This document shows, piece by piece, positions 1 through 9,463 of a stretch of 49,901 bases of DNA. The translations under genes and the position numbers were made by a program. Below the pieces are notes generated by a model. It saw only the letters and a program-made list of their open reading frames with translations. It was not told where the DNA came from and did no database searches. The DNA lies in the NCBI GenBank assembly GCA_038058745.1, contig JBBUAI010000014.1, positions 1 to 49,901 on the forward strand, given 5' to 3'. Origin of the DNA: Patescibacteria group bacterium. Lineage in GTDB: Bacteria; Patescibacteriota; Minisyncoccia; Phycocordibacterales; Zambryskibacteraceae. The stretch's first letter is position 1; each line of letters begins with the position of its first letter.

Positions 1-174
1 GTTGCCAGTGTCGCTCATTCCGCCGGCTGGGTTGCCACTGAATACAATAATCAAAACTCCCCGAACACCTTCTATTCCTATGGCGGTCAAGGAGTAGAAA
101 TTCGCTCCTCTTCAGTTCCCAGCGTCAAAGTGCGCGGTAATGCTAAGATTCGCGGAGGGGTGAAGTTTCGATAA
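1..174 (+). CDS. 3' end (C-terminal 57 aa) of a large LamG/DUF2341-type surface protein, cut by the window edge
   Basis: Frame 1 is open from the window edge to TAA at 172-174. The translation ...SAGWVATEYNNQNSPNTFYSYGGQGVE... resembles the '(W)I.TEYNNQ.SP.TFY' tail typical of concanavalin/LamG-DUF2341 surface proteins. It has no start codon in the window, so it is absent from the ORF track. Confidence 0.45.
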   Translation, partial: VASVAHSAGWVATEYNNQNSPNTFYSYGGQGVEIRSSSVPSVKVRGNAKIRGGVKFR

Positions 175-184
175 TAGAAATTGT

Positions 185-1492
185 ATGACCTTTAAATATT
201 TAAGAACGTTAACCATCGCTCTAATGGTTTTCTCCTTTACTCTAACAGTCTGGGCGCAAGATTTTTCTTCAAGCAATTTCACGGTTACGGCCCCAGTACT
301 ATTTCCCGGAGGATACTCTACTTCGACTAATTTTTCTCTGACTGGGGTGATTTCGCAGATGGCCATTGGCACCTCTACTGCAACCACCTTCGATCTCTTC
401 GGCGGCTTCTTGTACTTCCCGTTTGTTTCGACGCCGACCGTTACGGCCACTGCCGGCAACACCCAAGTGGCTTTGACTTGGACTACTGCTGACGCTTCTA
501 CCGGCTGGGCAGTCAGCGGGTATGCCGTGGGGCAATCCACCACTGCCGGCGGGCCGTATACTTACAGCGATGTGGGAAATGTGCTGGCTTCCACCCGCAC
601 TAGCCTCACTAATGGCACTCCTTACTACTTCGTGATAAGAGTCACTGATGCCTTGGGATTCTACATTGCTACTTCTACGGAAGTTTCGGCCACGCCAACC
701 GCTCCGGCTGCTGGCGGTGGCGGTGGTAGCAGTGGCGGCGGGGGCGGCGGAGGGGCGAGCTATACGCAAACTGGCATCGTCTTTTCCGGCAGAGCTTATC
801 CCTTGAGTCGGGTGAGCATTTTAAAGGATGCTCAACTGGCGGTAACGACCATTGCCGGACCAGATAGCAAGTTCAAGGTTAATCTAAGCAATCTGTCGCC
901 CGGCAATTATCTCTTCTCCGTCTATAGCGAGGATTCGAATCAGATCCGGTCAAACTCCTTTACCTTCCCGGTTTATATCACTAATGGCGTAGTTACGGAG
1001 GTTGGCGGCATCTTTATAGCTCCGACTGTGGCTCTGGACAAGTCCCAAGTAAGGAAGGGGGATGATATTGCCATCTTCGGCCAGACTGCCGTAGCGAGCG
1101 ATGTGACTATCCAAGTGAATTCCGAACAGCAATTCTTCGCCCAGACTAAAGCCGATGCTAATGGTATTTATCTATACAATTTCGATACAACCCCGCTTGA
1201 GTACGGAAACCATAGCACCAAGACGAAAAGCGCCAAGGATGCCGAGATAAGCCCGTACAGCCTGGCAGTGCCCTTCGTGGTGGGCAATACCAGTATCTTA
1301 GTAAAGCCGCGGGAAAAGGTCTGCGACAAGCGCGGCGACGTCAATACCGACTGCCGGATCAATCTAGTAGACTTCTCCATCGCGGCCTACTGGTATAAAA
1401 GAGCCGCGCCGCCGGCCAGTATCGATTTGAATAAAGATGGGAAGGTAGACCTCATCGATTTCTCTATCATGGCCTTTAATTGGACAGGCTAA
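185..1492 (+). CDS. Secreted surface protein: signal peptide, FN3-like domain, poly-Gly linker, Ig-like region, C-terminal dockerin-like module
   Basis: 435-aa ORF. N-terminal signal peptide (LTIALMVFSFTLTVWAQD). FN3-like segment (TATAGNTQVALTWTTA...YYFVIRV). Linker AAGGGGGSSGGGGGGGAS. C-terminus has two EF-hand-like dockerin repeats, GDVNTDCRINLVDFSIAAYW and DLNKDGKVDLIDFSIMAFNW. Confidence 0.85.
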   Translation: MTFKYLRTLTIALMVFSFTLTVWAQDFSSSNFTVTAPVLFPGGYSTSTNFSLTGVISQMAIGTSTATTFDLFGGFLYFPFVSTPTVTATAGNTQVALTWTTADASTGWAVSGYAVGQSTTAGGPYTYSDVGNVLASTRTSLTNGTPYYFVIRVTDALGFYIATSTEVSATPTAPAAGGGGGSSGGGGGGGASYTQTGIVFSGRAYPLSRVSILKDAQLAVTTIAGPDSKFKVNLSNLSPGNYLFSVYSEDSNQIRSNSFTFPVYITNGVVTEVGGIFIAPTVALDKSQVRKGDDIAIFGQTAVASDVTIQVNSEQQFFAQTKADANGIYLYNFDTTPLEYGNHSTKTKSAKDAEISPYSLAVPFVVGNTSILVKPREKVCDKRGDVNTDCRINLVDFSIAAYWYKRAAPPASIDLNKDGKVDLIDFSIMAFNWTG

Positions 1493-1494
1493 GT

Positions 1495-2259
1495 ATGAAA
1501 AAACTTATCATCTCACTCGTTTTATTTTCTTTGCCAATCTCTCTCGAAGCGGCGAGATTGGTGGTGGAGATCGATACGGGCATAGAAACTATCAATGCTC
1601 TTGAAGGTATGATTAAAGTTCCCTCCGGCGTTTCCATCCATGACATTTACACCGGTAATTCAGTAATATTGATATGGATTGCAGAACCGACTTTAAACGA
1701 TGCAAACACTATTTTCTTTGCCGGACTCTCTCCCGGTGGGTTTAGAGGCATTTATCCTATTTTCTCTATCGAGGGCAAGTGGGGCGAAAGAGATTTGTCT
1801 CGGTTCAGCTTCAGCTCGATTAGCGCGCTTAAGAATGATGGTTCAGGAACGGCAGTGCCTGTTAAGCTGCGAGTGAAATCATCCGAAGTGGCAGAGGATG
1901 AGGCTCCACCAGAACCTTTTACTCCCATCATTTCGGCCTCAGTGGATATCTTTGACGGCAAATACTTCATATCATTCCTTACTCAAGATAAGGGGACGGG
2001 CATCGAGCGCTACGAAAAAGCGGCCACTTGGTTTCTTAAACCAGGAAGAAGCGATTGGATAGAAGCGAAATCGCCCCTGGTCTTATCGCGCGCTGAAGTT
2101 TTCCAAAGGATACATATTCGCGCGGTAGACAAATCCGGCAATTACATGGAGGTATCCACAGCCGCCCCTTATCATTATGCAACTCTCTTGATTGGCCTTA
2201 TAATATTATTATGCGTTCTTTTGCTTTTAAGACGCTCTTTTCGCTCATCTTCTCAGTAG
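1495..2259 (+). CDS. Membrane-anchored cohesin-like surface protein (paralogue 1)
   Basis: I chose ATG 1495 (MKKLIISLVLFSL..., signal peptide), 3 nt after the upstream stop, over the ORF-track start at 1480. The N-terminal module INALEGMIKVPSGVSI...IWIAEPTL..FFAGLSPGGFRG aligns with the next two proteins. There is a C-terminal TM helix (LLIGLIILLCVLLLL). Confidence 0.75.
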   Translation: MKKLIISLVLFSLPISLEAARLVVEIDTGIETINALEGMIKVPSGVSIHDIYTGNSVILIWIAEPTLNDANTIFFAGLSPGGFRGIYPIFSIEGKWGERDLSRFSFSSISALKNDGSGTAVPVKLRVKSSEVAEDEAPPEPFTPIISASVDIFDGKYFISFLTQDKGTGIERYEKAATWFLKPGRSDWIEAKSPLVLSRAEVFQRIHIRAVDKSGNYMEVSTAAPYHYATLLIGLIILLCVLLLLRRSFRSSSQ

Positions 2260-3161
2260 TCTTCCTGGTACCGGGAAGCGTTTTCGCGGACACCATCTTT
2301 GTCTCCCCGATTACCGGGACTTACACGGTGGGAGATACGTTTTCAGCACGTATTATGGTCTCGAGTCCTGGGCAGGCGATCAACGCGATTTCTGGCGTGT
2401 TGTCGTTCCCGATCGATAAGCTGCAAGTAGTCTCTGTGTCCAAGATCGGTTCAGTGCTTTCCCTCTGGGTCCAGGAGCCGTCCTTTTCCAATTCGCGCGG
2501 CACAGTGACCTTCGAGGGGGTAGTGCCTAATCCCGGCTTTAACGAGTCTAATGGTCGAGTGCTGGGCGTCAATTTCCGAGTCGTAGGCACCGGCTCTGCC
2601 GACATTCGTCTGACCTCCGGATCGCTTCTAGCTAATGACGGGTACGGCACCAATATATTGAAAAATCTTGGCACCGCTTCATTTTCCTTGGAGCAGAAGC
2701 AGGAGATTCTTGTGACTCCGCCGGCCATATCGGAATCGCCAGAGCCCCCGGCTACAGAAACAAGCGAGGACAAGGCGCCAGGCACCACCTTCGAGTTCGA
2801 TATGCCGTCCTGGAAGACCCTGGCCGACTGGATCATCAAATTCTTTTCCATAGTCATACCAATGCTCGCTCTCGGTTTCTTCCTGGTACATACTACCAAG
2901 AAAGGGGTAGGTAATATTCGCTCGTTGAAGAAAAACTTGCGCAAAGATCTTCACGGCATCGACCGCCTGATCGAGAAATCATTCGATTTATTGAAAGAGG
3001 ACATAAGCGACAGCATCCATATCCTGGAACGGGCACGCGTTAAACGCAGGCTCACGGCCGAAGAAGACGCGGTCATTCATCGCTTGAAGCAGAATCTGGT
3101 GGACGCCGAGAAGATCATTCACAAGGAGATTATTCGCTCAGAAAAGGATATCGGTGACTAA
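2211..3161 (+). CDS. Membrane-anchored cohesin-like surface protein (paralogue 2) with cytoplasmic coiled-coil tail
   Basis: Signal peptide (FSLIFSVVFLVPGSVFAD). The module INAISGVLSFPIDKLQVVSVSKIGSVLSLWVQEPSFSNSRGTVTFEGVVPNPGF is typical of proteins annotated as cohesin-domain proteins in uncultured bacteria. TM helix (FFSIVIPMLALGFFLV) followed by a charged coiled-coil tail. Confidence 0.8.
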   Translation: MRSFAFKTLFSLIFSVVFLVPGSVFADTIFVSPITGTYTVGDTFSARIMVSSPGQAINAISGVLSFPIDKLQVVSVSKIGSVLSLWVQEPSFSNSRGTVTFEGVVPNPGFNESNGRVLGVNFRVVGTGSADIRLTSGSLLANDGYGTNILKNLGTASFSLEQKQEILVTPPAISESPEPPATETSEDKAPGTTFEFDMPSWKTLADWIIKFFSIVIPMLALGFFLVHTTKKGVGNIRSLKKNLRKDLHGIDRLIEKSFDLLKEDISDSIHILERARVKRRLTAEEDAVIHRLKQNLVDAEKIIHKEIIRSEKDIGD

Positions 3162-3189
3162 GAAGGGGCACATTCTCGTTTGGACAACT

Positions 3190-4509
3190 ATGAGAAAATT
3201 TTTCTCTACCATCTCTCTCTTGATAATCCTTATCTTGGCTCCGGTTTATGCGATTCAAGCAGAGGCCCAAACGGTATTTTTGGACGGATCCAAACTTATG
3301 CCCCGAATCGAACTATCTCTTTCTCCTCGCGTTGGCAGTTTTGTCGAAGACTCCACCTTTGATATCCCTATCTTGATCAATACCAAAGGGGCGAGCATCA
3401 ACGGCTTAGAAATCACTATTAATTTTGACAAAGACAAACTTGAAATCGTCAAACCTTCAAGCGGCCAATCTATCGTCGGTGTCTGGCTCGCGCCTCCGAG
3501 CTACGATAATACCCGCGGTTTAGCGAGTTACATGGGGGTCATTCCCAGCGGCATTACGACCAGTTCTGGTTCGGTCGGCACTATTACTTTTAGAGCCAAG
3601 AAAACCGGCAAAGCAGTAGTTTCCGTGAGCGCGAATTCCAAAGTACTGTTGAATGACGGGCAAGGCACGGAAGCTACTGTCGAGGTGGGCAGGTCGGAAT
3701 ATACCATCATGGCAAGAGCGCCTGAAGGCGTCAGGGTTTTCTCGGAAACGCACCCGTTTCCCAGCGAGTGGTATAACAATGACAGCCCGGTGGTATTCTG
3801 GGAGAAGGATCCTGAGGTATCGGGATTTAGCTACCTGCTCGACGACAAGCCGCACACTATTCCGGAGAATACAATTAGCGCCAAGGATACCACCAAGTTC
3901 TTTGAGAATCTGGATGATGGCTTATGGTATTTCCACATTAAGGCCAACAGGAACGGGGCATGGGGAACGACAGGGCATTTCCTGATGCGCATCGATACGG
4001 CTCCTCCTGCTGACTTCAAGCCGGAAATAGATTATCTGTTGGCAGCCACGATCTTAAACGAGCGCGCCCTGGTTTCTTTCTTTACCACCGATAATCTCTC
4101 AGGCGTCGATCGTTATGAAATAGGAGTGATCGATAAAAGCCAGCCCGTTACTGTCTCGCCGGTTTTCGTCCAAGCGGAAAGTCCTTTCCAAGTGCCGCTT
4201 ACTGAGAGCAAATTAAGCGTGATAGTACGAGCGGTTGACAAAGCCGGCAATATTCGCGATGTCTCTATGGCAGTCGGATCGCCATCTCTGGTCGGCAAAT
4301 TCATGAAGAACAATCTTGTCTACATCCTCTTGTTCATCATCTTTGCTGGTTTAATCGGGCTCATATTACACTATCTGGTCGGGCATCATATAATAAGGTA
4401 CTTGCGCAAAGCGGCCGAACTGGTAAAAAAGGAGGAGCAAACCTCGGCAATAGAGCAAGACAAGGCCGAAAAGCCCAATGAAATTACTGATAATAACCCA
4501 GAAAGTTGA
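3190..4509 (+). CDS. Membrane-anchored cohesin-like surface protein (paralogue 3)
   Basis: Start moved to ATG 3190 (MRKFFSTISLLIILILAPVYA, signal peptide). Module INGLEITINFDKDKLEIVKPSSGQSIVGVWLAPPSYDNTRG. A second module (WYFHIKAN...IDTAPPADFKPEI...TTDNLSGVDRYE) is shared with 1495-2259. C-terminal TM helix (LVYILLFIIFAGLIGLIL). Confidence 0.8.
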   Translation: MRKFFSTISLLIILILAPVYAIQAEAQTVFLDGSKLMPRIELSLSPRVGSFVEDSTFDIPILINTKGASINGLEITINFDKDKLEIVKPSSGQSIVGVWLAPPSYDNTRGLASYMGVIPSGITTSSGSVGTITFRAKKTGKAVVSVSANSKVLLNDGQGTEATVEVGRSEYTIMARAPEGVRVFSETHPFPSEWYNNDSPVVFWEKDPEVSGFSYLLDDKPHTIPENTISAKDTTKFFENLDDGLWYFHIKANRNGAWGTTGHFLMRIDTAPPADFKPEIDYLLAATILNERALVSFFTTDNLSGVDRYEIGVIDKSQPVTVSPVFVQAESPFQVPLTESKLSVIVRAVDKAGNIRDVSMAVGSPSLVGKFMKNNLVYILLFIIFAGLIGLILHYLVGHHIIRYLRKAAELVKKEEQTSAIEQDKAEKPNEITDNNPES

Positions 4510-5362
4510 TAAAAATGACCCTATTTTGGGCTTTTTTCACCGTTGGTTGGAAGAATTTGCTAAAAAGTTTGAAAAAGTCACGGTCATCTGCCTGGAAAAA
4601 GGAGTTTATAGCTTGCCGGAAAATGTTAAAGTTCTTTCCTTAGGCAAGGAAGAAGAGAGATCAAAGGCGGAATATCTTTCGAGATTTTATCGCTACGTTT
4701 GGAATGAAAAAAATAATTACGACGCTGTTTTCGTGCACATGAATCAGGAGTACGTGCTTTTAGCGGGAGACCTGTGGCAACTCCTGGGCAAGAAAGTTTA
4801 TCTTTGGAGAAATCATGCGAAGGGGAATTTGTTGACTCGGATAGCGGTGGCTCTTTCCCATAAAGTGTTCTATACCTCTCCGCAATCTTTCGCTGCCCAA
4901 TTTAAAAAGGCAATTCAAATGCCTGTAGGTATTGATACTCAATTCTTTAAGCCGGATCCTCAGGTAGTAAGAGTACCCAATACCTACTTATTTTTGGGTC
5001 GCATTTCACCAGTTAAGAAAGTTTTGGAATTCATAGCTTGGGTTAAGAGTAATGGATATCAAGCGACCCTTGCTGGTCCAATTCTCAAAGAAGACAGGGA
5101 ATACGGAGAAGAAGTTAAGCGTAATTTGAATAACAAAATTAGATTTATCGGTCCGGTGACACCTGAAGAAGCGAGAGCACTCTATCTCTCACATGAATTC
5201 TATGTCAACAAAACTCCCGCCGGAAGCTTCGATAAAACCATCTTCGAGGCGGTCGCATGCGGGTGCAAATTAATGGTAGATAACCCTGATGCGAAAAACT
5301 TTAAGATCGAGGAACACAGTCTTAAGAAGCTTGCCGATAAATTAGTGAAGCAACTACAATGA
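4478..5362 (+). CDS. Glycosyltransferase (GT-B fold, GT4/GT1-like)
   Basis: 294-aa ORF. The N-terminus MKLLIITQKVDKNDPILGFFHRW and the C-terminal segment FDKTIFEAVACGCKL resemble retaining GT-B glycosyltransferases. Its stop overlaps the next start (ATGA at 5359-5362). Confidence 0.7.
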   Translation: MKLLIITQKVDKNDPILGFFHRWLEEFAKKFEKVTVICLEKGVYSLPENVKVLSLGKEEERSKAEYLSRFYRYVWNEKNNYDAVFVHMNQEYVLLAGDLWQLLGKKVYLWRNHAKGNLLTRIAVALSHKVFYTSPQSFAAQFKKAIQMPVGIDTQFFKPDPQVVRVPNTYLFLGRISPVKKVLEFIAWVKSNGYQATLAGPILKEDREYGEEVKRNLNNKIRFIGPVTPEEARALYLSHEFYVNKTPAGSFDKTIFEAVACGCKLMVDNPDAKNFKIEEHSLKKLADKLVKQLQ

Positions 5363-5994
5363 CATATTCTCAGCGCGATATATATAGACACCATCATTCG
5401 CACCATAGAGAAGCTGGTTTCTCAGTACTCAAAGATGATCGGGGCAAGCTTTTAAGAAATCTTATTGGAGAAGGAAAAACCATTCTCGACATTGGCTGCC
5501 GCGACGGAGCGCTTACCAAGTTTTTTTTGAAAGGCAATACCGTGCTAGGGGTAGATATCGATGATATAGCTCTTGACCTTGCCTCCAAATTGGGCATTGA
5601 GACTATGAAGCTAGACCTTAATGGTAATTGGTCAGAACTTAAGGGACGTAAATTCGATGTGGTGGTGGCTGGAGAAGTCCTCGAACACCTCTATTATCCA
5701 GACCAAGTGCTTGAAAAAATGAAATCACTTCTTAACCTGGGCGGCATGCTTATGGGCTCGGTGCCAAACGCTTTTTCTCTTAAAAATAGACTCCGTTATC
5801 TTCTAGGCACTAAGCGCCACACGCCCCTAAGCGATCCTACCCACATTAATCAATTTTCCGAGATAGAATTGCAGGCGATTTTAAGGAGATATTTTAAAGA
5901 AGTAGAAATTAGAGGACTCGGCCGCTATCAAACTCTCGCGAAGTTATCTCCTAATCTCTTCGCCTTCGATCTGTTCTTTATGGGAAAACTATGA
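5359..5994 (+). CDS. Class I SAM-dependent methyltransferase
   Basis: Motif I ILDIGCRDG, then VLGVDID, then VVAGEVLEHL (Methyltransf_11/23-like). Coupled to both neighbours by ATGA overlaps. Confidence 0.85.
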   Translation: MTYSQRDIYRHHHSHHREAGFSVLKDDRGKLLRNLIGEGKTILDIGCRDGALTKFFLKGNTVLGVDIDDIALDLASKLGIETMKLDLNGNWSELKGRKFDVVVAGEVLEHLYYPDQVLEKMKSLLNLGGMLMGSVPNAFSLKNRLRYLLGTKRHTPLSDPTHINQFSEIELQAILRRYFKEVEIRGLGRYQTLAKLSPNLFAFDLFFMGKL

Positions 5995-6887
5995 AAAGCA
6001 CTTCAATACACAGTCTCAATGCCGATAAAGGGCTGAATATTTTCCAGAAACCGGCTTATCTTTTCCTCAACCTCCTCAACAACCTTTTTCCTTATTCCAG
6101 TCTAGATAAAAGGATTGAGATAAGGTCTTGGAAAAACGCGGATTTAACGAAAGAATGGGATAAAACTTTTAAAACAAGTTCCGTCGGCCGTCGCCTCTCG
6201 GATCTTTTCTGGCGCACTCTGCCGTGGGATAAGCTCCATGAGGAGCTTAAAGAAATTCACGTATTCGATACTGGCTGCGGGCAGGGCAATTACAGTATGC
6301 GTCTCTCTGATGGCATAGCAAGCTATACCGGCGTTGATATGAGTCGACGGCCAAATTGGGATATTTTGGAAAAAGAGCATCCCAATTTTCATTTTATCGA
6401 ATCAAGCTCAACGGATATCCTGCCCCTCATTCCCCCCGAAACCAATCTTTTTATTACCCAATCCGCCATAGAGCATTTCGACGAAGACCTGCGCTTTTTC
6501 GAACAGATACGCGACTATATCGGTAAAACAGACAGGCCAATCATACAAATACACAACTTCCCGGCCCGGGCGATACTACCTCTCTATCTTTTCCACGGCA
6601 TAAGGCAGTATACGCCACGGACTGTATCGAAAATAACCAGAATTTTCGGCGATAAATCAAAGTTTTATTTATACGGCTTGGGTGGCAGAGAGAGCAAAAA
6701 AATTCAATTCAAATATTTCACCTGGCCGCTCTTAATACTCAAGGGTAAGGCCGCATGGTCGGAGGACGTGCCTAAATATGACAGCGAAGTGCGCAGGGCC
6801 ATAGAATCCGATATGAAAAGCCCCAGCAAAAATCCGCTCTTCTGGGTTCTCATTATTCATTCCAATGTCAAAAAAGAGATATGGTGA
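5991..6887 (+). CDS. Putative SAM-dependent methyltransferase
   Basis: 298-aa ORF with motif I-like VFDTGCGQGNYSMRL and YTGVDMS. The rest of the protein has no motif I can recognise. Confidence 0.6.
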   Translation: MKSTSIHSLNADKGLNIFQKPAYLFLNLLNNLFPYSSLDKRIEIRSWKNADLTKEWDKTFKTSSVGRRLSDLFWRTLPWDKLHEELKEIHVFDTGCGQGNYSMRLSDGIASYTGVDMSRRPNWDILEKEHPNFHFIESSSTDILPLIPPETNLFITQSAIEHFDEDLRFFEQIRDYIGKTDRPIIQIHNFPARAILPLYLFHGIRQYTPRTVSKITRIFGDKSKFYLYGLGGRESKKIQFKYFTWPLLILKGKAAWSEDVPKYDSEVRRAIESDMKSPSKNPLFWVLIIHSNVKKEIW

Positions 6888-7501
6888 AATTCTACGACAC
6901 TAGAATAGGCAGATATTTCAGGGAATACAAAAACAAGAGATTATTCGGCTCGCTTGTAGCAGGTGAAATAGCGATAGATTGCGGCGCCAATGTAGGCAAA
7001 ATTACGCAGATGTTGGCCAGGCCGGGCGTGGTCGTCTATGCCTTTGAGCCGGACCCGAATGCTTGGAAGATTCTTAAGTCGAAATTTGAGGGAATGGAAA
7101 ATGTCATTTGTATCAATAAGGCGGTTTCAGACCATAGCGGTACGGCGAAAATTTATTTCAGCGACAAATACGATGAAAATCCGGAAAAGTGGTCTACCGG
7201 CTCAACACTTTTGGCTGACAAGCCGCATATCGATAAGGGAAACTTTGCCATCTGCGAAGTAATGGACCTCACGGAATTTATAAAAAACTTGGATAAGCCC
7301 ATCGGGATTCTTAAGATGGATATCGAGGGGGAAGAAGTGAAGGTACTAAACAAGCTCATCGACCTGGGGCTCACCAAAAAGATAAGAAAGATAGTGGTCG
7401 AGACTCATGAGCGCTTCCCGATTCTTAAAGAGCTGACCGAAGAACTCAAGAATAAAATCAAGAGATTGAATATCAAAAATATCGACCTAAACTGGGCGTG
7501 A
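6881..7501 (+). CDS. FkbM-family methyltransferase
   Basis: AIDCGANVGKITQML...VYAFEPDPNAWKIL...NKAVSDHSGTAKIY matches the FkbM-family (TIGR01444-type) pattern. Confidence 0.8.
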   Translation: MVKFYDTRIGRYFREYKNKRLFGSLVAGEIAIDCGANVGKITQMLARPGVVVYAFEPDPNAWKILKSKFEGMENVICINKAVSDHSGTAKIYFSDKYDENPEKWSTGSTLLADKPHIDKGNFAICEVMDLTEFIKNLDKPIGILKMDIEGEEVKVLNKLIDLGLTKKIRKIVVETHERFPILKELTEELKNKIKRLNIKNIDLNWA

Positions 7502-8410
7502 GATATGCTTGAGCTTGTGTTTGAGAAGGAATAATGCCAAATTCGATAAGCGGGAGTAGATGGTAAGATTTTTGGGAAAGCTGATGTTTTCTCTCTCGAC
7601 GAAACCACCTGCCGCTCGTTTATACAGATTCCAGATGGCAAGTAGTTGGGACGAAGAAAGCGGCAAATCTTCACGCAATTCGGTCAGCATATCCTTCTCC
7701 TCCTCGGATAGCGTTATATAACGTTCGATATTATTGATTGAATTTCGAGCTGATGTCGCCCTCTTGTCGTTATTCAACCCTTGGGTAAATGATTCCTGAA
7801 ATACCCGGTAATAAAGCAGGGGTTCGGGGATATTAGCGAAGATAACGCTTCTCTCAAAAAGGAGTCGGCTCCAGAGTTCGTAATCCTCTGAACTGGTCAT
7901 TGTTTCATCGTAGGGGTTTTCCTTGAGTACCTCGGCGCGAGCCATGACAGTGGGGTGAATGAGTGGAGTCGAAAACAAGCTTGCCCATTTTATCTCCATG
8001 TGCCGGACGGGTCTATAGTACTTCTTTAAAAATCTACCATCTTTATCTATAAGTATTGCCGAACTGCCAACGATGCCTATTTCAGCATGACTTTCCAGGA
8101 ATGATAATTGTGTACTGAAGCGCTCGTAGATGCTCACATCATCAGCATCCATCCGGGCGATATATGCTCCGCGCGCAATACGGATGCCGATGTTGAACGA
8201 GGCGGACAAACCCTTATTACTTGTATTTTTGACATAAATAATGCGTTCATCTTTGTACGACTTGATAATCTCCTCCGTTTTGTCCTTCGAGCCGTCATTT
8301 ACGATAATAAATTCAAAATCTTTGAATGATTGGTTCAAAATACTGTCGATAGCTTCGCAGAGATATTTCCCCCCGTTATAAACCGGCATGACTACTGAGA
8401 TTTTCGGCAT
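7487..8410 (-). CDS. Family 2 glycosyltransferase (GT-A)
   Basis: N-terminus ISVVMPVYNGGKYLCEAIDSILNQSFKDFEFIIVNDGSKDKT and the DADD motif (ARMDADDVS) are classic GT2 features. Confidence 0.9.
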   Translation of the reverse strand: MPKISVVMPVYNGGKYLCEAIDSILNQSFKDFEFIIVNDGSKDKTEEIIKSYKDERIIYVKNTSNKGLSASFNIGIRIARGAYIARMDADDVSIYERFSTQLSFLESHAEIGIVGSSAILIDKDGRFLKKYYRPVRHMEIKWASLFSTPLIHPTVMARAEVLKENPYDETMTSSEDYELWSRLLFERSVIFANIPEPLLYYRVFQESFTQGLNNDKRATSARNSINNIERYITLSEEEKDMLTELREDLPLSSSQLLAIWNLYKRAAGGFVERENISFPKNLTIYSRLSNLALFLLKHKLKHISRPV

Positions 8411-9453
8411 AATTTTTCGAATATTTGTTCATGTCGTTTGAGCCACTTCTCTTTATCGAACCTCAATGCCTGCTCTCTCGCGCCGGCACTCAAACTCTTT
8501 AAATTCATTCTGGTTTCAAGTATCGCGTCGGCGACTTCGCGGGGAGTTGGGTAATGAAACTTTTCGAAATCTTCTCTAGCCGGAATGAGTACGCCGCACC
8601 TCTGGTTGACCAACTCCGGCATGCCGCCATTGCCGAGCCCAACTACCGGAAGGCCAGAAGAAAGCGCTTCCAAGACTATCGTGGGGCACGGGTCCAGATT
8701 CTTCAAATGAAGCAGGAGATGCGCTCGCTGGTAAAGCGCCGGCGCTTCTTCCTGGGTAAATTTACCCACTGTTTCTATCCAACTTTCGGGAAGCACTTCT
8801 TGTGTATTGCCGATGACCAGGAGTTTCGCATTTACCTCCATTCTGCGTAGCTTTCTTACGGCTTCGAGTGAAATATCCAGTCTCTCTTTAGATTCAAAAT
8901 GGTGTCCGGATATGATTATTATCAAGGGTTCCGGTGGCAGAGGCAGTTTCTCGGGCTTGAAATGATTTATGTCCACGGGGTTGATTAAAACGGTGGAAGG
9001 CCCGTTGAATTTGCCTAAGTACCGGTCCGCAGACTTTTTACAAAACTCCGTTTGGTAGATCACGTGATCGCTCAAGTGGATGGGAGAGAGAAGCTTGTTT
9101 ACGGATTTCGTTTTTCTGCCGGCCCAGGCCGGATACGCCACCCCGTTCTGGTTCCAGACTGTTTTTACTCCAAACAATTTGTAAATTTTTATCCAAATTG
9201 TCGGGGCGAAGGGCAAGCCGCTTGAGGCGAAATAAGCGATATTGAAACGTCGCCAGCTGTCGCCAAAGCGCTCACGCAGATGCAGGAGCTTGACCTTGCC
9301 GCCGTGGACTATCTTTTTGGAGTCGGGCGGCGGCAATACTCCCAAAAGGTTAAGTTTAATATCTTGCGCTGAAGCGCCACGCAGAAGACACCTCACGAAT
9401 ACGTATATGACGATAAGAGGATATTTAAGTATCTTGGGAATGAATTTGCCCAT
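8392..9453 (-). CDS. GT4-type glycosyltransferase
   Basis: 353-aa ORF. C-terminal EX7E-type region DPCPTIVLEALSSGLPVVGLGNGGMPELV. Confidence 0.8.
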   Translation of the reverse strand: MGKFIPKILKYPLIVIYVFVRCLLRGASAQDIKLNLLGVLPPPDSKKIVHGGKVKLLHLRERFGDSWRRFNIAYFASSGLPFAPTIWIKIYKLFGVKTVWNQNGVAYPAWAGRKTKSVNKLLSPIHLSDHVIYQTEFCKKSADRYLGKFNGPSTVLINPVDINHFKPEKLPLPPEPLIIIISGHHFESKERLDISLEAVRKLRRMEVNAKLLVIGNTQEVLPESWIETVGKFTQEEAPALYQRAHLLLHLKNLDPCPTIVLEALSSGLPVVGLGNGGMPELVNQRCGVLIPAREDFEKFHYPTPREVADAILETRMNLKSLSAGAREQALRFDKEKWLKRHEQIFEKLCRKSQ

Positions 9454-9463
9454 GCCTATTATC

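Noticed and set aside
112-769. Minus-strand ORFs 112-543 and 299-769
   Set aside because: They are antisense to the well-supported signal-peptide/FN3/dockerin gene at 185-1492. Their translations are low-complexity Arg/Ser/Ala-rich with no motifs.
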